This document shows positions 1-9,531 of a DNA stretch of 64,000 nt, in pieces (positions within the stretch are counted from its first letter, which is position 1; each line of letters opens with the position of its first letter). Where the stretch lies: positions 8,866-72,865 of the forward strand of contig SGYR01000001.1 in NCBI GenBank assembly GCA_004213405.1, given 5' to 3'. Under the pieces are notes generated by a model. The model had not been told where the DNA came from, ran no database searches, and was given only the letters and a program-made list of their open reading frames with translations. This stretch comes from Candidatus Actinomarinales bacterium (GTDB lineage Bacteria > Actinomycetota > Acidimicrobiia > Actinomarinales > Actinomarinaceae). The position numbers were made by a program, and so were the translations under genes.

Positions 1-186
1 CATTTTGCCTCTTGGTGTTTCAACTTCAACTAGACACATTCTGCACATGCCGACGGGATCTAAGCGTTTGTGCCAACAAAATCTTGGAATGTGAATTCCA
101 GAGTCTTCACATGCTTCAATTAATAACTTATTAGGATCAGACTCAATTTCTATACCGTTAACATTTAAATTAACTTTTTCACTCAT
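1..186 (-). CDS. nuoG: NADH-quinone oxidoreductase subunit G, N-terminal part (runs off window edge)
   Basis: Manual translation from ATG at 186: MSEKVNLNVNGIEIESDPNKLLIEACEDSGIHIPRFCWHKRLDPVGMCRMCLVEVETPRGKM; 2Fe-2S motif; ATGA overlap with nuoF stop. Confidence 0.93.
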   Translation of the reverse strand, partial: MSEKVNLNVNGIEIESDPNKLLIEACEDSGIHIPRFCWHKRLDPVGMCRMCLVEVETPRGKM

Positions 187-1472
187 AAAAGAACTTTCGT
201 AGGAATTAAACTCTCTACCTCATCTCTAAAATCATTCATTAGTGAAGTAATTGGAGAGACTGCAGATGGACCAAGGGGGCAAATTGTGGTCATTTTAGGT
301 GGCCACGATAAGCCTGGAGAGATATTATCGCAAACATCAAGTAGTAAATTCATATCAGAAGTTCTCCCTCTACCACTAGCTATCCTATCTAGTATCATTT
401 CAAGCCATGTTGTTCCTTCACGACATGGAGTACATTGGCCACATGATTCATGTGCAAAAAAACTGACTATGCTTTTTGCCGCACTTACAAGATTCGTATC
501 TTCATCCATCATTACCACAGCACCTGAGCCAAGCATTGAATTGTTGTTAGCTACATCATCAATTGTCATTTTTATGTCTAGCTGATCTCCTCTAAACCAT
601 GGTGCAGAAGCACCTCCAGGTATATAAGCTTTAACTTTTTTATTATTTCTTATACCCCCACCCAGTGTTTCTACAAATTCACCAAAAGAACTACCCATTT
701 CAATTTCATAGTTTCCTGGGTTATTTACATGTCCAGACAAACTAAAAATCCTAGTACCTGTAGAGCCTTCAACCCCTAACTTGTTGTACTCTTCGCCACC
801 ATTCTCAATTATCCAAGGTACAGAGGAAATTGTTTCAACGTTATTTACCAAAGTTGGTTTCATATATAAACCTTTTACTGCTGGGAAGTAAGGAGGTTTT
901 AGTCTTGGTTCTCCTCTTCTGCCTTCGAGTGAATTAAGCAGTGCGGTTTCTTCACCACATATATACGCCCCTGCTCCTAGATGGACAACTATGTCAAGAT
1001 TGATCTCGGAACCGAAAATATTCTTTCCCAAATATCCTTTTTGATATGCTTGTTCTACTGCTTGCTGAACTCTTCTAGCAGGCTTCGCATACTCTCCTCT
1101 TATGTATATAAAAGCTTCTTTTATGTTTGCTGAAAAACAAGTAATGATAATGCCCTCAATCAGTTGGTGAGGATCTCTTTCCAATAAAATCCTATCCTTG
1201 AATGTACCTGGTTCTGACTCGTCTGCATTTATTACTAAATATCTATCTTCATCTTCAGCCAAAAATCCCCACTTAACTCCGGTTGGGAATCCTGCACCAC
1301 CTCTTCCTCTTATATTTGATGCCTTAATTTCTTCTAATATTTTTTCAGGAGAGCTTTCTAAGATTGTTTTTTTTGCAGTCGTGTACCCATTGTTTTTTTC
1401 ATAACTATCAATTAGATGGCTATCTTCCGGATTATCTCGCATGTGTTTTGTAAGAAGAATGGTTTCTTTCAT
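183..1472 (-). CDS. nuoF: NADH-quinone oxidoreductase subunit F
   Basis: GRGGAGFPTG, NADESEPGTFKDR, YICGEETALL, CGQCTPC motifs. Confidence 0.97.
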   Translation of the reverse strand: MKETILLTKHMRDNPEDSHLIDSYEKNNGYTTAKKTILESSPEKILEEIKASNIRGRGGAGFPTGVKWGFLAEDEDRYLVINADESEPGTFKDRILLERDPHQLIEGIIITCFSANIKEAFIYIRGEYAKPARRVQQAVEQAYQKGYLGKNIFGSEINLDIVVHLGAGAYICGEETALLNSLEGRRGEPRLKPPYFPAVKGLYMKPTLVNNVETISSVPWIIENGGEEYNKLGVEGSTGTRIFSLSGHVNNPGNYEIEMGSSFGEFVETLGGGIRNNKKVKAYIPGGASAPWFRGDQLDIKMTIDDVANNNSMLGSGAVVMMDEDTNLVSAAKSIVSFFAHESCGQCTPCREGTTWLEMILDRIASGRGRTSDMNLLLDVCDNISPGLSWPPKMTTICPLGPSAVSPITSLMNDFRDEVESLIPTKVLL

Positions 1473-2083
1473 TTTTTTACCTTAGTTGTCTTTAAAGTTT
1501 GAAAGCCTGGAGCTGTAGAGGTAGCACCAGAGTTATCTTGAATAGCCCAATCAAAAGATTTTATACCTCCGAAGTTTTCTTGCATTTCATCAGCTACAAC
1601 AACATCTGGTTTTGTTTCTTTTAACCATTTGCACAAATTTATCGCATTTTCAGGAGTTACACCCTCAACTGTCTCATAGTTGACTTGTACTGCTGGAGCT
1701 CCACCGCAAGCACCAATACATTCCACAGCCTCAAAGGTGAATAATTCTTCTTCATCAGTTTCATTATTATTTAAGCCCGTAAATTCTTGAACTTTATTAA
1801 TTACTTCGCTTGAATTATTGATCTCACAAGATATTGATTTACAAACACTTAATAAGTACTTTCCAGTTGGTTCTTGCTTGTACATTGAGTAAAACGTCGA
1901 AACTGATTTCACTTGTACTTCTGTTATACCTACTAATTCACTTATTACAGTTATTGAGTCATCAGAAATATAGCCATCCTTACTTTGTGCTAAATGCAAA
2001 AGAGGACCTAGTGCGGATCTTTTTTGAGGATAGAGCTTAATTATTTTTTTTGCCTGTTTTAATAATTTATCATCCCAACTCAT
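1469..2083 (-). CDS. nuoE: NADH-quinone oxidoreductase subunit E
   Basis: CxxxxC...CxGAC 2Fe-2S ligands; operon position. Confidence 0.95.
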   Translation of the reverse strand: MSWDDKLLKQAKKIIKLYPQKRSALGPLLHLAQSKDGYISDDSITVISELVGITEVQVKSVSTFYSMYKQEPTGKYLLSVCKSISCEINNSSEVINKVQEFTGLNNNETDEEELFTFEAVECIGACGGAPAVQVNYETVEGVTPENAINLCKWLKETKPDVVVADEMQENFGGIKSFDWAIQDNSGATSTAPGFQTLKTTKVKK

Positions 2084-3456
2084 CTATCTACATCTCCTAT
2101 CACGGGATCTAAGGAAGCTATTGCAGCAACAGCATCTGCAATTGGACTATCAGTCATAATGACAGGAAGTGCTTGAAGATTACAAAAAGAAGGACCCCGG
2201 ACATGCATTCTGTAAGGCTTTGCTGAACCATCGGAAACTATGTAACAACCTAGCTCTCCTCTGGGTGACTCAACGGCAACATATGCATCGCCCTCAGGAA
2301 CTTTAAAACCCTCTGTATAAATTTTAAAATGATGAATTAGAGCTTCCATTGATTCATCTAATCTTTTGCGTGGGGGTGGTGTAATTTTTTTATCTTGAAC
2401 TTTATAAGGGCCTTTTGGCATATTGTTCATTGCTTGTTCAATGATTTTTAGACTTTCAAAAATTTCTAATACTTTTACTCTCCATCTAGCAAACACGTCA
2501 CCTTCAGTTAAAATTGGAACATCAAATTCATAATTTTCTATTCCCGAGTAAGGTTGAGACTTTCTTAAATCCCAAGAGTACCCAGAAGCTCTTAAGCTTG
2601 GTCCAGTTACACCATAAGCAAAGCACTCCTCTGTGGTGAGGATTCCAACATTTTGTAATCTTCCTTTCCAAATAGGATTGTCCAGGAGCATGTCATCGTA
2701 ATCTTTTAACTTTTCAGGTATTATTTTTAAAATTTCTTCAACATCTTTCTGCCACCCATCAGGTAAATCTGCTGCTACTCCACCAGGCCTTATATAGTTA
2801 TGGTTCATTCTTAGCCCTGTTGTTTTTTCAAAGAAATTTAAAATTAACTCTCTTTCTCGGAAGCCAAAAATCATCATGGATAAGGCTCCTATATCCATTC
2901 CACCAGTCGCAAGAGCAACTAAATGTGACGAAACCCTATTAAGTTCGGTCATTAAAATTCTTATTGTTTCTGCCCTTTTAGGCACTTCAATACCAATAAG
3001 TTTTTCAGTTGTGAGAGAGAAAACTAACTCGTTAAATAAGGGGGAAAGATAATCCATTCTTGTTGTGTTAGTTGGGCCTTGAAAATAATTTAACTCTTCA
3101 CCAGTTTTTTCCATACCTGTATGTAAATATCCAATAATTGGCTTAACACGCCTTACAACCTCTCCTTCAAGCTCTGCCTGAAGTCTTAAAACACCATGAG
3201 TTGAAGGATGCTGAGGTCCCATATTTACTATCATTCTTTCATCATCAGACGTATCCTCATCAATAACAAAATCATCAACTACTTCGGTTCCTGTCTGTAT
3301 TTTTATTTGCTTTTCATTTTCGTTTTCAAGCATTTTTTGAGAACCTTCGTCAGTTGAAGATATATTCCAGCCACCTTCTTCTGAATTTGTAGCCCAAAAA
3401 TCTAATTTATTTTTAAAATTACTGAGCTTACTTTTTTTAATTTTATTATTTTTCAC
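2080..3456 (-). CDS. nuoD: NADH-quinone oxidoreductase subunit D (start uncertain, N-terminal extension)
   Basis: NMGPQHPSTHGVLRL, GYLHTG, ESPRGE, C-terminal GDVDR. Confidence 0.96.
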   Translation of the reverse strand: MKNNKIKKSKLSNFKNKLDFWATNSEEGGWNISSTDEGSQKMLENENEKQIKIQTGTEVVDDFVIDEDTSDDERMIVNMGPQHPSTHGVLRLQAELEGEVVRRVKPIIGYLHTGMEKTGEELNYFQGPTNTTRMDYLSPLFNELVFSLTTEKLIGIEVPKRAETIRILMTELNRVSSHLVALATGGMDIGALSMMIFGFRERELILNFFEKTTGLRMNHNYIRPGGVAADLPDGWQKDVEEILKIIPEKLKDYDDMLLDNPIWKGRLQNVGILTTEECFAYGVTGPSLRASGYSWDLRKSQPYSGIENYEFDVPILTEGDVFARWRVKVLEIFESLKIIEQAMNNMPKGPYKVQDKKITPPPRKRLDESMEALIHHFKIYTEGFKVPEGDAYVAVESPRGELGCYIVSDGSAKPYRMHVRGPSFCNLQALPVIMTDSPIADAVAAIASLDPVIGDVDR

Positions 3457-3870
3457 TTAATCAACCTTTGGCGCATTTTTAAACTGTACTGGTATTCTTC
3501 CAGATCCATAATTTTTTCTTAATGGATGCCCTTCCCAATCATCAGGCATTAAGATTCTTGTTAGGTCTGGATGGTCTTCAAAAACGATACCGAACATGTC
3601 ATAGGCTTCTCTTTCATAAAAATTTGCACTAGGGTATATTTCAGTTATTGAAGGTATTGTTAAATCTTCATCATTAACAAATACTTTTACTGTCTTACGT
3701 GAATTTTTTGAAGTTGATAAAAATTGAACAACTATTTCAAATCTAGGTTCTTTTTTTCTAAACCAATCAACTACTGTTAGGTCTACCATCATTTCAAATC
3801 CATCTTTTTTTAGGGATTCGATTAGTTCTTTATATTCTTCTGTTGTGGTACTAATAATTTCAGGGTTCAT
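3457..3870 (-). CDS. nuoC: NADH-quinone oxidoreductase subunit C
   Basis: [30 protein letters not shown]. Confidence 0.96.
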   Translation of the reverse strand: MNPEIISTTTEEYKELIESLKKDGFEMMVDLTVVDWFRKKEPRFEIVVQFLSTSKNSRKTVKVFVNDEDLTIPSITEIYPSANFYEREAYDMFGIVFEDHPDLTRILMPDDWEGHPLRKNYGSGRIPVQFKNAPKVD

Positions 3871-4328
3871 CTATTTATCTCTCCATCCATTATTTTGTCG
3901 TGTAAAGTTAAAATTCCATGCATAAGCGACTGCGGTCCTGGTGGGCATCCGGGAACATAAATATCAACTGGAACTATGTGGTCTACACCCTGAACTAAAG
4001 CATAGTTGTTGAACATTCCACCAGTTGAAGAGCAAGCGCCCATAGCGATTACCCATTTAGGATCAGCCATTTGATCATAAACTTGTCTCAACACTGGTGC
4101 CATTTTTTGAGATACTCTTCCAGCTACAATCATCAAGTCTGCTTGTCGGGGTGATGCTCTAAAAACTTCCATTCCATATCTTGCTAAATCATATTTAGCA
4201 CTTCCAGCAGCCATCATTTCTATTGCACAGCATGCAAGTCCAAATGTGACTGGCCACATTGATTGAGTCCTTGACCATCTGACAGCTTTATCAATAGTTG
4301 TTGTGAAGATATTGTCAGGAGTGTACAT
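3867..4328 (-). CDS. nuoB: NADH-quinone oxidoreductase subunit B
   Basis: [20 protein letters not shown]. Confidence 0.97.
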   Translation of the reverse strand: MYTPDNIFTTTIDKAVRWSRTQSMWPVTFGLACCAIEMMAAGSAKYDLARYGMEVFRASPRQADLMIVAGRVSQKMAPVLRQVYDQMADPKWVIAMGACSSTGGMFNNYALVQGVDHIVPVDIYVPGCPPGPQSLMHGILTLHDKIMDGEINR

Positions 4329-4729
4329 TATGCTACTTCCTGCAATTCTTCTTTGAAGTATCTCTCTCTACGTGGAATATTCCAATCTAGTACTCCTTTT
4401 TTCCAAACATAGTAAAGAGTCTCTAAAACAAAAAATGTAAATATTGATATGGCAGCTATGCCGAACCATCCTAAGTCATTAAACCTTGTAGCCCATGCAA
4501 ATAAAAATATTATTTCAATGTCAAAAACAATATAAAGCATTGCAACCATGTAAAACTTGACTGGAAACCTTTGAGATGGTTCAACTTCTGGAAAAATCCC
4601 ACATTCATAGGGTGCAAGTTTTTCAGGCGTTGCATTTTTTGGCGATAATATATATGAAACACCAAGTGAAGCTAAAGCAAAACCAACTGCAACAACCAGC
4701 ATAACCAGTATCGGAAGCCAATCTAACAT
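4328..4729 (-). CDS. nuoA: NADH-quinone oxidoreductase subunit A
   Basis: YECG and FDIE motifs, 3 TM segments; GGAGG SD upstream. Confidence 0.96.
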   Translation of the reverse strand: MLDWLPILVMLVVAVGFALASLGVSYILSPKNATPEKLAPYECGIFPEVEPSQRFPVKFYMVAMLYIVFDIEIIFLFAWATRFNDLGWFGIAAISIFTFFVLETLYYVWKKGVLDWNIPRRERYFKEELQEVA

Positions 4730-4742
4730 GTTCCCTCCATAT

Positions 4743-4760
4743 TTGTGAAATTTTTCACAA
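4743..4760. promoter_or_regulatory. Rex operator upstream of the nuo operon
   Basis: TTGTGAA-ATTT-TTCACAA matches Rex consensus TTGTGAA-N4-TTCACAA; lies between a TACAAT -10 (4772-4777, minus) and the nuoA SD. Confidence 0.9.
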
Positions 4761-4808
4761 GCTATACTCTTATTGTACTACCAATAATATGTTAAATTAT
4801 TTCGCTAA

Positions 4809-6074
4809 TTAGTTTTTTGAACTAAGTACTAAAAGTTTTGTTGGAATTATAAATTTGTAAGCTATTTTGAAGACTTCTTTTAAAGTTAGGTAGGCTTCGT
4901 CAAATAATAATTCCACAACAAAGTCAATTGTATCCTGATCATTTGAGGCAACTCTTAACAATCTTTTGGTCATAAATGGACTCTGTAAAATTAGTCTTGC
5001 TAAAGCACAACTTAAATAGTGTTTTCTGAATCTTTTGCTGAACTCTTTTTCGTATATGTCAATTCCATCACTTAATTTTTCTGAATGAATTATTTCATGT
5101 GTATTTTTAGCTAATAAATAACCTGCTTCCATGCCATAGAATATTCCCTCTCCACTCATCGGATTTATCATAGAGCTTGCATCTCCAATTAATGCAATAT
5201 TTAGATCTTTGTTTCGCTTTGGTCTCGATGAAGCAAAAGGAAGTAAATATGATTTTTGTTTTCTAATGTTTTCAACAATTACTCCTCTGCTTTCAAGCTC
5301 AGATACAAAATTATCAAGCAATACATTAATATCTAATTTATCTTTTTTAAATATGCTTACCGGAACACCTATTCCTATATTTAACAAATTACCCTTGCTT
5401 GGAAATGCCCAAGCATATCCTTTGTCTGCGGATACATTTATTTCGAACATTAGCGTTCTCTCATTGAATACCTCTAGGTAGTTAGGACTATCGATGTAAG
5501 CTCTTATGGCTATAGCTTTATGCCAATCAGAATTCGATTTATAACTTAATTTTTTTCTGATTCTTGAATTTGCTCCATCGGCCCCTACAAGAATCTTTGT
5601 TAAAAATTCTAAGTTTTCATTTTCATTCTTGATTTGTACATTTAAACTTTTGTCCAAATTAGAAGTGAAGTTTACAAAACTATATCCTTCATAAACATCA
5701 ACACCACATTCCTTAGCTAAGTCCAATATTCTATTATCTAGGTCTACTCGAGGAATAACATATACTATTGAATCTTCCTTATTTTTTACTTCAGGAATAT
5801 AATTTTGAATACCAATGTTGTCCGGCCCGTAAAGAGTTGTTGAAACAACTTGTGGCTCACCATCTAAAATATGTTCATTGTTAAATCTTTTTAATGCACT
5901 TATTACTCCAGGACCAATCGCATCCCCACATGATTTATCTCTTGGAAATATTGCTTTATCAACTAATCCAACTGTTAAGTTGGGATTTAAGTTTTTATAA
6001 GAAATAGCAGCATTTGCACCAGCTGGGCCGGCACCAATTATTAAAACATCATAATTTTTAGGGCTTTTTTCCAT
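4809..6074 (-). CDS. Geranylgeranyl reductase-family FAD oxidoreductase (MenJ-like menaquinone reductase)
   Basis: GAGPAG, RDKSCGD, GADG, GYAWAFP, GDA..NPMSGEGI; sits upstream of nuoA. Confidence 0.85.
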   Translation of the reverse strand: MEKSPKNYDVLIIGAGPAGANAAISYKNLNPNLTVGLVDKAIFPRDKSCGDAIGPGVISALKRFNNEHILDGEPQVVSTTLYGPDNIGIQNYIPEVKNKEDSIVYVIPRVDLDNRILDLAKECGVDVYEGYSFVNFTSNLDKSLNVQIKNENENLEFLTKILVGADGANSRIRKKLSYKSNSDWHKAIAIRAYIDSPNYLEVFNERTLMFEINVSADKGYAWAFPSKGNLLNIGIGVPVSIFKKDKLDINVLLDNFVSELESRGVIVENIRKQKSYLLPFASSRPKRNKDLNIALIGDASSMINPMSGEGIFYGMEAGYLLAKNTHEIIHSEKLSDGIDIYEKEFSKRFRKHYLSCALARLILQSPFMTKRLLRVASNDQDTIDFVVELLFDEAYLTLKEVFKIAYKFIIPTKLLVLSSKN

Positions 6075-6181
6075 ATTTTACTAACTTACATTGTATTTCC
6101 ATTAATACGAAACTAAATAAAGCTAATAAATAAATTTAAATAATTACATATAATTTCAGTATCTAATTAGATTGTGCATTA

Positions 6182-6826
6182 GTGAAAGAAAATAAAAAAA
6201 TACCACCAGCTACGGTAAAGAGATTACCGCTTTATTTACAGTGCCTGGATCAAGTTAGTGATGATGATATTGGTATTTCATCAAGTAAATTAGCTGAACT
6301 AGCAAAAGTAAATGATGCTCAAGTTAGAAGAGATTTGTCATATCTTGGTACCCTAGGCACAAGAGGTGTTGGTTATGATATCTCTACTCTTAGAAATCAA
6401 CTTCAGCTTGAACTTGGCCTTGTTGAAGGCTGGAGCGCTGTAATTGTAGGTATTGGTAATTTGGGGTCAGCTTTGGCACATTATGGTGGATTTAGAGAAA
6501 AAGGTTTTGGAATTGTTGGACTGTTTGATGATGATCCCAAGAAAATTAATAGTCAAGTTGCAGGCTTAGTTATCAAACCTTTAACTGATTTAGAAAAGTA
6601 CTGTGAAAAATTCAATGTAGCAATTGGAATAATTGCGACTCCTGGCGAATATGCTCAAGGTGTTGCAGATCAATTAATTGGATGTGGAGTAAGATCAATT
6701 CTTAATTTTGCACCCGTACTTCTTAAAAATGTACCAGATGTACAAATAAGATCGGTTGATCTCTCCCAAGAATTACAAATTTTGAGCTACTACTTAGATA
6801 GACCAGTCCTAAAGGCAGTTGACTAG
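6182..6826 (+). CDS. rex: Redox-sensing transcriptional repressor Rex
   Basis: RLPLY, QVRRDLS, GTRGVGY, GIGNLG, ILNFAP. Confidence 0.96.
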   Translation: MKENKKIPPATVKRLPLYLQCLDQVSDDDIGISSSKLAELAKVNDAQVRRDLSYLGTLGTRGVGYDISTLRNQLQLELGLVEGWSAVIVGIGNLGSALAHYGGFREKGFGIVGLFDDDPKKINSQVAGLVIKPLTDLEKYCEKFNVAIGIIATPGEYAQGVADQLIGCGVRSILNFAPVLLKNVPDVQIRSVDLSQELQILSYYLDRPVLKAVD

Positions 6827-6827
6827 A

Positions 6828-8108
6828 CTATTTTTGATATACATATCCTAATACTGCTCTAATTACCAAACTAACATTTAAACTTAACCAAAGTGTTGAA
6901 ATAGTATTCTCAGTTCTTAGAAGATAACTGCAAATTAAAAATCCTGAAATTGAAGAAATTACAGTTAACAGTGAGAACTCTTTTGACTTATCAAGTCCTA
7001 ACAAAATTCCATCCCAAAGAAATGCAAAACAACCAATAAATAAACTTGCAGCTACCATCAATTTTAAATTTGTGTTCAGCAATGAATCAAAACTATTAGC
7101 AGCAAATATCTGTACAAAATCTTCAAGAAATATGACTGTTGCTACGGTAAGGAAGATCGAAATTAAAGTTGTTACAGAAATAATTTCTTTTTGTAATAAA
7201 GATTTCTGATATTTTTCCTTTTTTGAAATTAATTCAGAAATTAAAGTTTGTGAAGCTATTGCAATTGCATCGACAAAAATATATCCAACAGACCAAAGTT
7301 GTAAAAGAATATGCTGTAGAGCAATTTCTTCCATTGACATTAATGAAGACCTATTTCTTAAGTAGGCCATGAAAAGAGTCAAAAATAGTGACCGAATGAG
7401 TATATAAACACCAACACTGAAAAATTTCTTTCTCATGCTAACTTTGTCAACATTTTCACTTGTTGAGGAAAGGGTGTTTTGGTGCTTTTTTAATACGACA
7501 GTTGAATAAATTGACGAACACAAAAACGCAAGTGAACTTGCAAAACCAATTCCAGCTGCACCAAAATCCAGGAATAAACCAAAAAACAAGCTAAAAATTA
7601 TATTGAAAGCTGACACTATAAAAGCACTATAAAAAGTGATCTTGGCTACTTTAAGGCCCCTCAAAACAGCTGTTGAGTGCATATTTATTAAGTAAAATGG
7701 TAATCCAACACATCTAAAAATCAGATAGTCAGATGACAAAACTTTGATCTTATTGGTTGGCTCAAATGTAGAAATAAAATAGTCACTACTTAAATAAAGA
7801 ATTAAGAATGAAATTAAACCTAGTAATATAGATACATTTCTTCCAAACTTTATAAAATAATTTAATCTATTTACTTCATTTTTAGTATTTAATGATGATA
7901 CAAGTGGTGTTGTTCCGTACGCTAAAAATATAAAAACCCAGATGAAAACAAAATAAATTGTTTCACCAATCCCAATAGCAGAGAGAGTATCTAGATTTAT
8001 AATACTTGCTATTTTTGAATCAATTAACCCTACTATTGGTTCCAATGCAAGCCATAGAAATATTGGATAAGAATTAATCCATATGTCTTTTCTAACAGAA
8101 TTAATCAT
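6828..8108 (-). CDS. MATE/DinF-family efflux transporter
   Basis: EPIVGLID N-terminus, about 12 TM segments, DAIAIA and WDGIL motifs. Confidence 0.8.
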   Translation of the reverse strand: MINSVRKDIWINSYPIFLWLALEPIVGLIDSKIASIINLDTLSAIGIGETIYFVFIWVFIFLAYGTTPLVSSLNTKNEVNRLNYFIKFGRNVSILLGLISFLILYLSSDYFISTFEPTNKIKVLSSDYLIFRCVGLPFYLINMHSTAVLRGLKVAKITFYSAFIVSAFNIIFSLFFGLFLDFGAAGIGFASSLAFLCSSIYSTVVLKKHQNTLSSTSENVDKVSMRKKFFSVGVYILIRSLFLTLFMAYLRNRSSLMSMEEIALQHILLQLWSVGYIFVDAIAIASQTLISELISKKEKYQKSLLQKEIISVTTLISIFLTVATVIFLEDFVQIFAANSFDSLLNTNLKLMVAASLFIGCFAFLWDGILLGLDKSKEFSLLTVISSISGFLICSYLLRTENTISTLWLSLNVSLVIRAVLGYVYQK

Positions 8109-8400
8109 TTAATTTTTTTGCTTTAGTTAGGCCCCATAACATAATTTGTTCATGTGCATCAGGTCCTAAATTTTGTGGTGTAATAATTTTCTTCACATCA
8201 TATTTATTTTTTACAAACTCGTTTAAAAATTGAGTTGGGGTTTGTGTTTGGTCGATATACGGAAGAGAAAATTCAGAAAATAATTCATTCTCTAATATTT
8301 GAAAATCAGATTCTTCTATTTTGACTTTTTCATTTTTTAAGTAAAACTTTAAACCATTAGTTAAAATCTTTACAAAAGAATTTATATCAATACTACTCAT
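8101..8400 (-). CDS. Hypothetical protein
   Basis: 99-aa ORF translationally coupled to both neighbours. Confidence 0.6.
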   Translation of the reverse strand: MSSIDINSFVKILTNGLKFYLKNEKVKIEESDFQILENELFSEFSLPYIDQTQTPTQFLNEFVKNKYDVKKIITPQNLGPDAHEQIMLWGLTKAKKLND

Positions 8401-9407
8401 GAAAAAACCTGAACAATTATTAGTCCAATCGGTCCTGATACTACTCCAATACCTACCCTGCGAAATTCATTATCTAAAATAGTATTTCTATGTGAATCTG
8501 ATTGCATTAAGCTTTGATGTCCTGACCTTACAGTTGATGCAATTGCTAAGTTTTCTCCAACTGTTGTAAAAGGAAAGCCAACTTTTGAAAGTCTTTCATT
8601 TACACTTTCACCATTATTTGGATTCTGATGACACCAAAAACCACCAACATACATTTCATATGCATAAGCTTGCGCAACATTGGATAATATTTGATTTAAT
8701 TCAAGTCCATCAACATTTTCATTTTGTCTCTCTAGAGAAAGTAAGTTATAAATCTCTATAGAAAAATCTTGTCGCGACTGAAGATTGGATTCATTATATC
8801 TTGGAATTTCTAGACAACCATCATCATCAACGACTACAGATGATTTTCCGGTTAAATAATTAATCCTATTTACAACTTTTAATAAATCGGTACCGATAAT
8901 CACTTCTAAAGTTTGTTGAGGAGATCCTTCTGGGCTTACATAGAAATTAACAAGATTTGATTCTTTTACCGAATTTTCAAATAAGGTTGGGAGGTTTACA
9001 ATATTTAGTGCAGTAAAAATTAAAGTCAGAATTAAATTACTTACTAAAAGTGATATGGCTGCTCCCAAAGCTTTGCTTCCTATATCTGAGGTTTTTATAC
9101 TATTGTTTAACAAATTTTGTAAAAATGATGCAATAGTCAATATTGCTACAAAAATTATTATGCCCCCAAATACTTCTGACAACTGTAGATTTGAATTTAA
9201 CCAACTGCTAATGTATGCACCAATCTCATCTGAATATCGAAAACTTAAAGAAACTGCAATTAAAAGCGAAAATAGATAAAATATCTGAAAAACTGCGCCT
9301 TTTTTCCATCCAAAATAGAGAAAATATAGTATGAAAACATACATAAATATGTCCAAATACTGTTGATTTGATAAATCAATTAGTAAATTTTCGATTATTT
9401 CACTCAT
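8397..9407 (-). CDS. CvpA-like membrane domain fused to CAP/SCP domain
   Basis: N-terminal GWKKG plus 4 TMs; C-terminal GENLA, SDSHRNTIL, VGIG CAP motifs. Confidence 0.8.
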   Translation of the reverse strand: MSEIIENLLIDLSNQQYLDIFMYVFILYFLYFGWKKGAVFQIFYLFSLLIAVSLSFRYSDEIGAYISSWLNSNLQLSEVFGGIIIFVAILTIASFLQNLLNNSIKTSDIGSKALGAAISLLVSNLILTLIFTALNIVNLPTLFENSVKESNLVNFYVSPEGSPQQTLEVIIGTDLLKVVNRINYLTGKSSVVVDDDGCLEIPRYNESNLQSRQDFSIEIYNLLSLERQNENVDGLELNQILSNVAQAYAYEMYVGGFWCHQNPNNGESVNERLSKVGFPFTTVGENLAIASTVRSGHQSLMQSDSHRNTILDNEFRRVGIGVVSGPIGLIIVQVFS

Positions 9408-9531
9408 TATTATTCATTTTATTTGTAAATTATTTAATTCTGCTATTGAATAGTACTAAATATCCGCTATTGTTTAATAATTCCTACAAATTAGTAGGAT
9501 TTTTTAATTTCAGTGACTGAAAGGAAATTAT

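Noticed and set aside
6172..6189. Possible Rex autoregulatory box (TTGTGCA...) at the rex start
   Set aside because: Only one half-site matches
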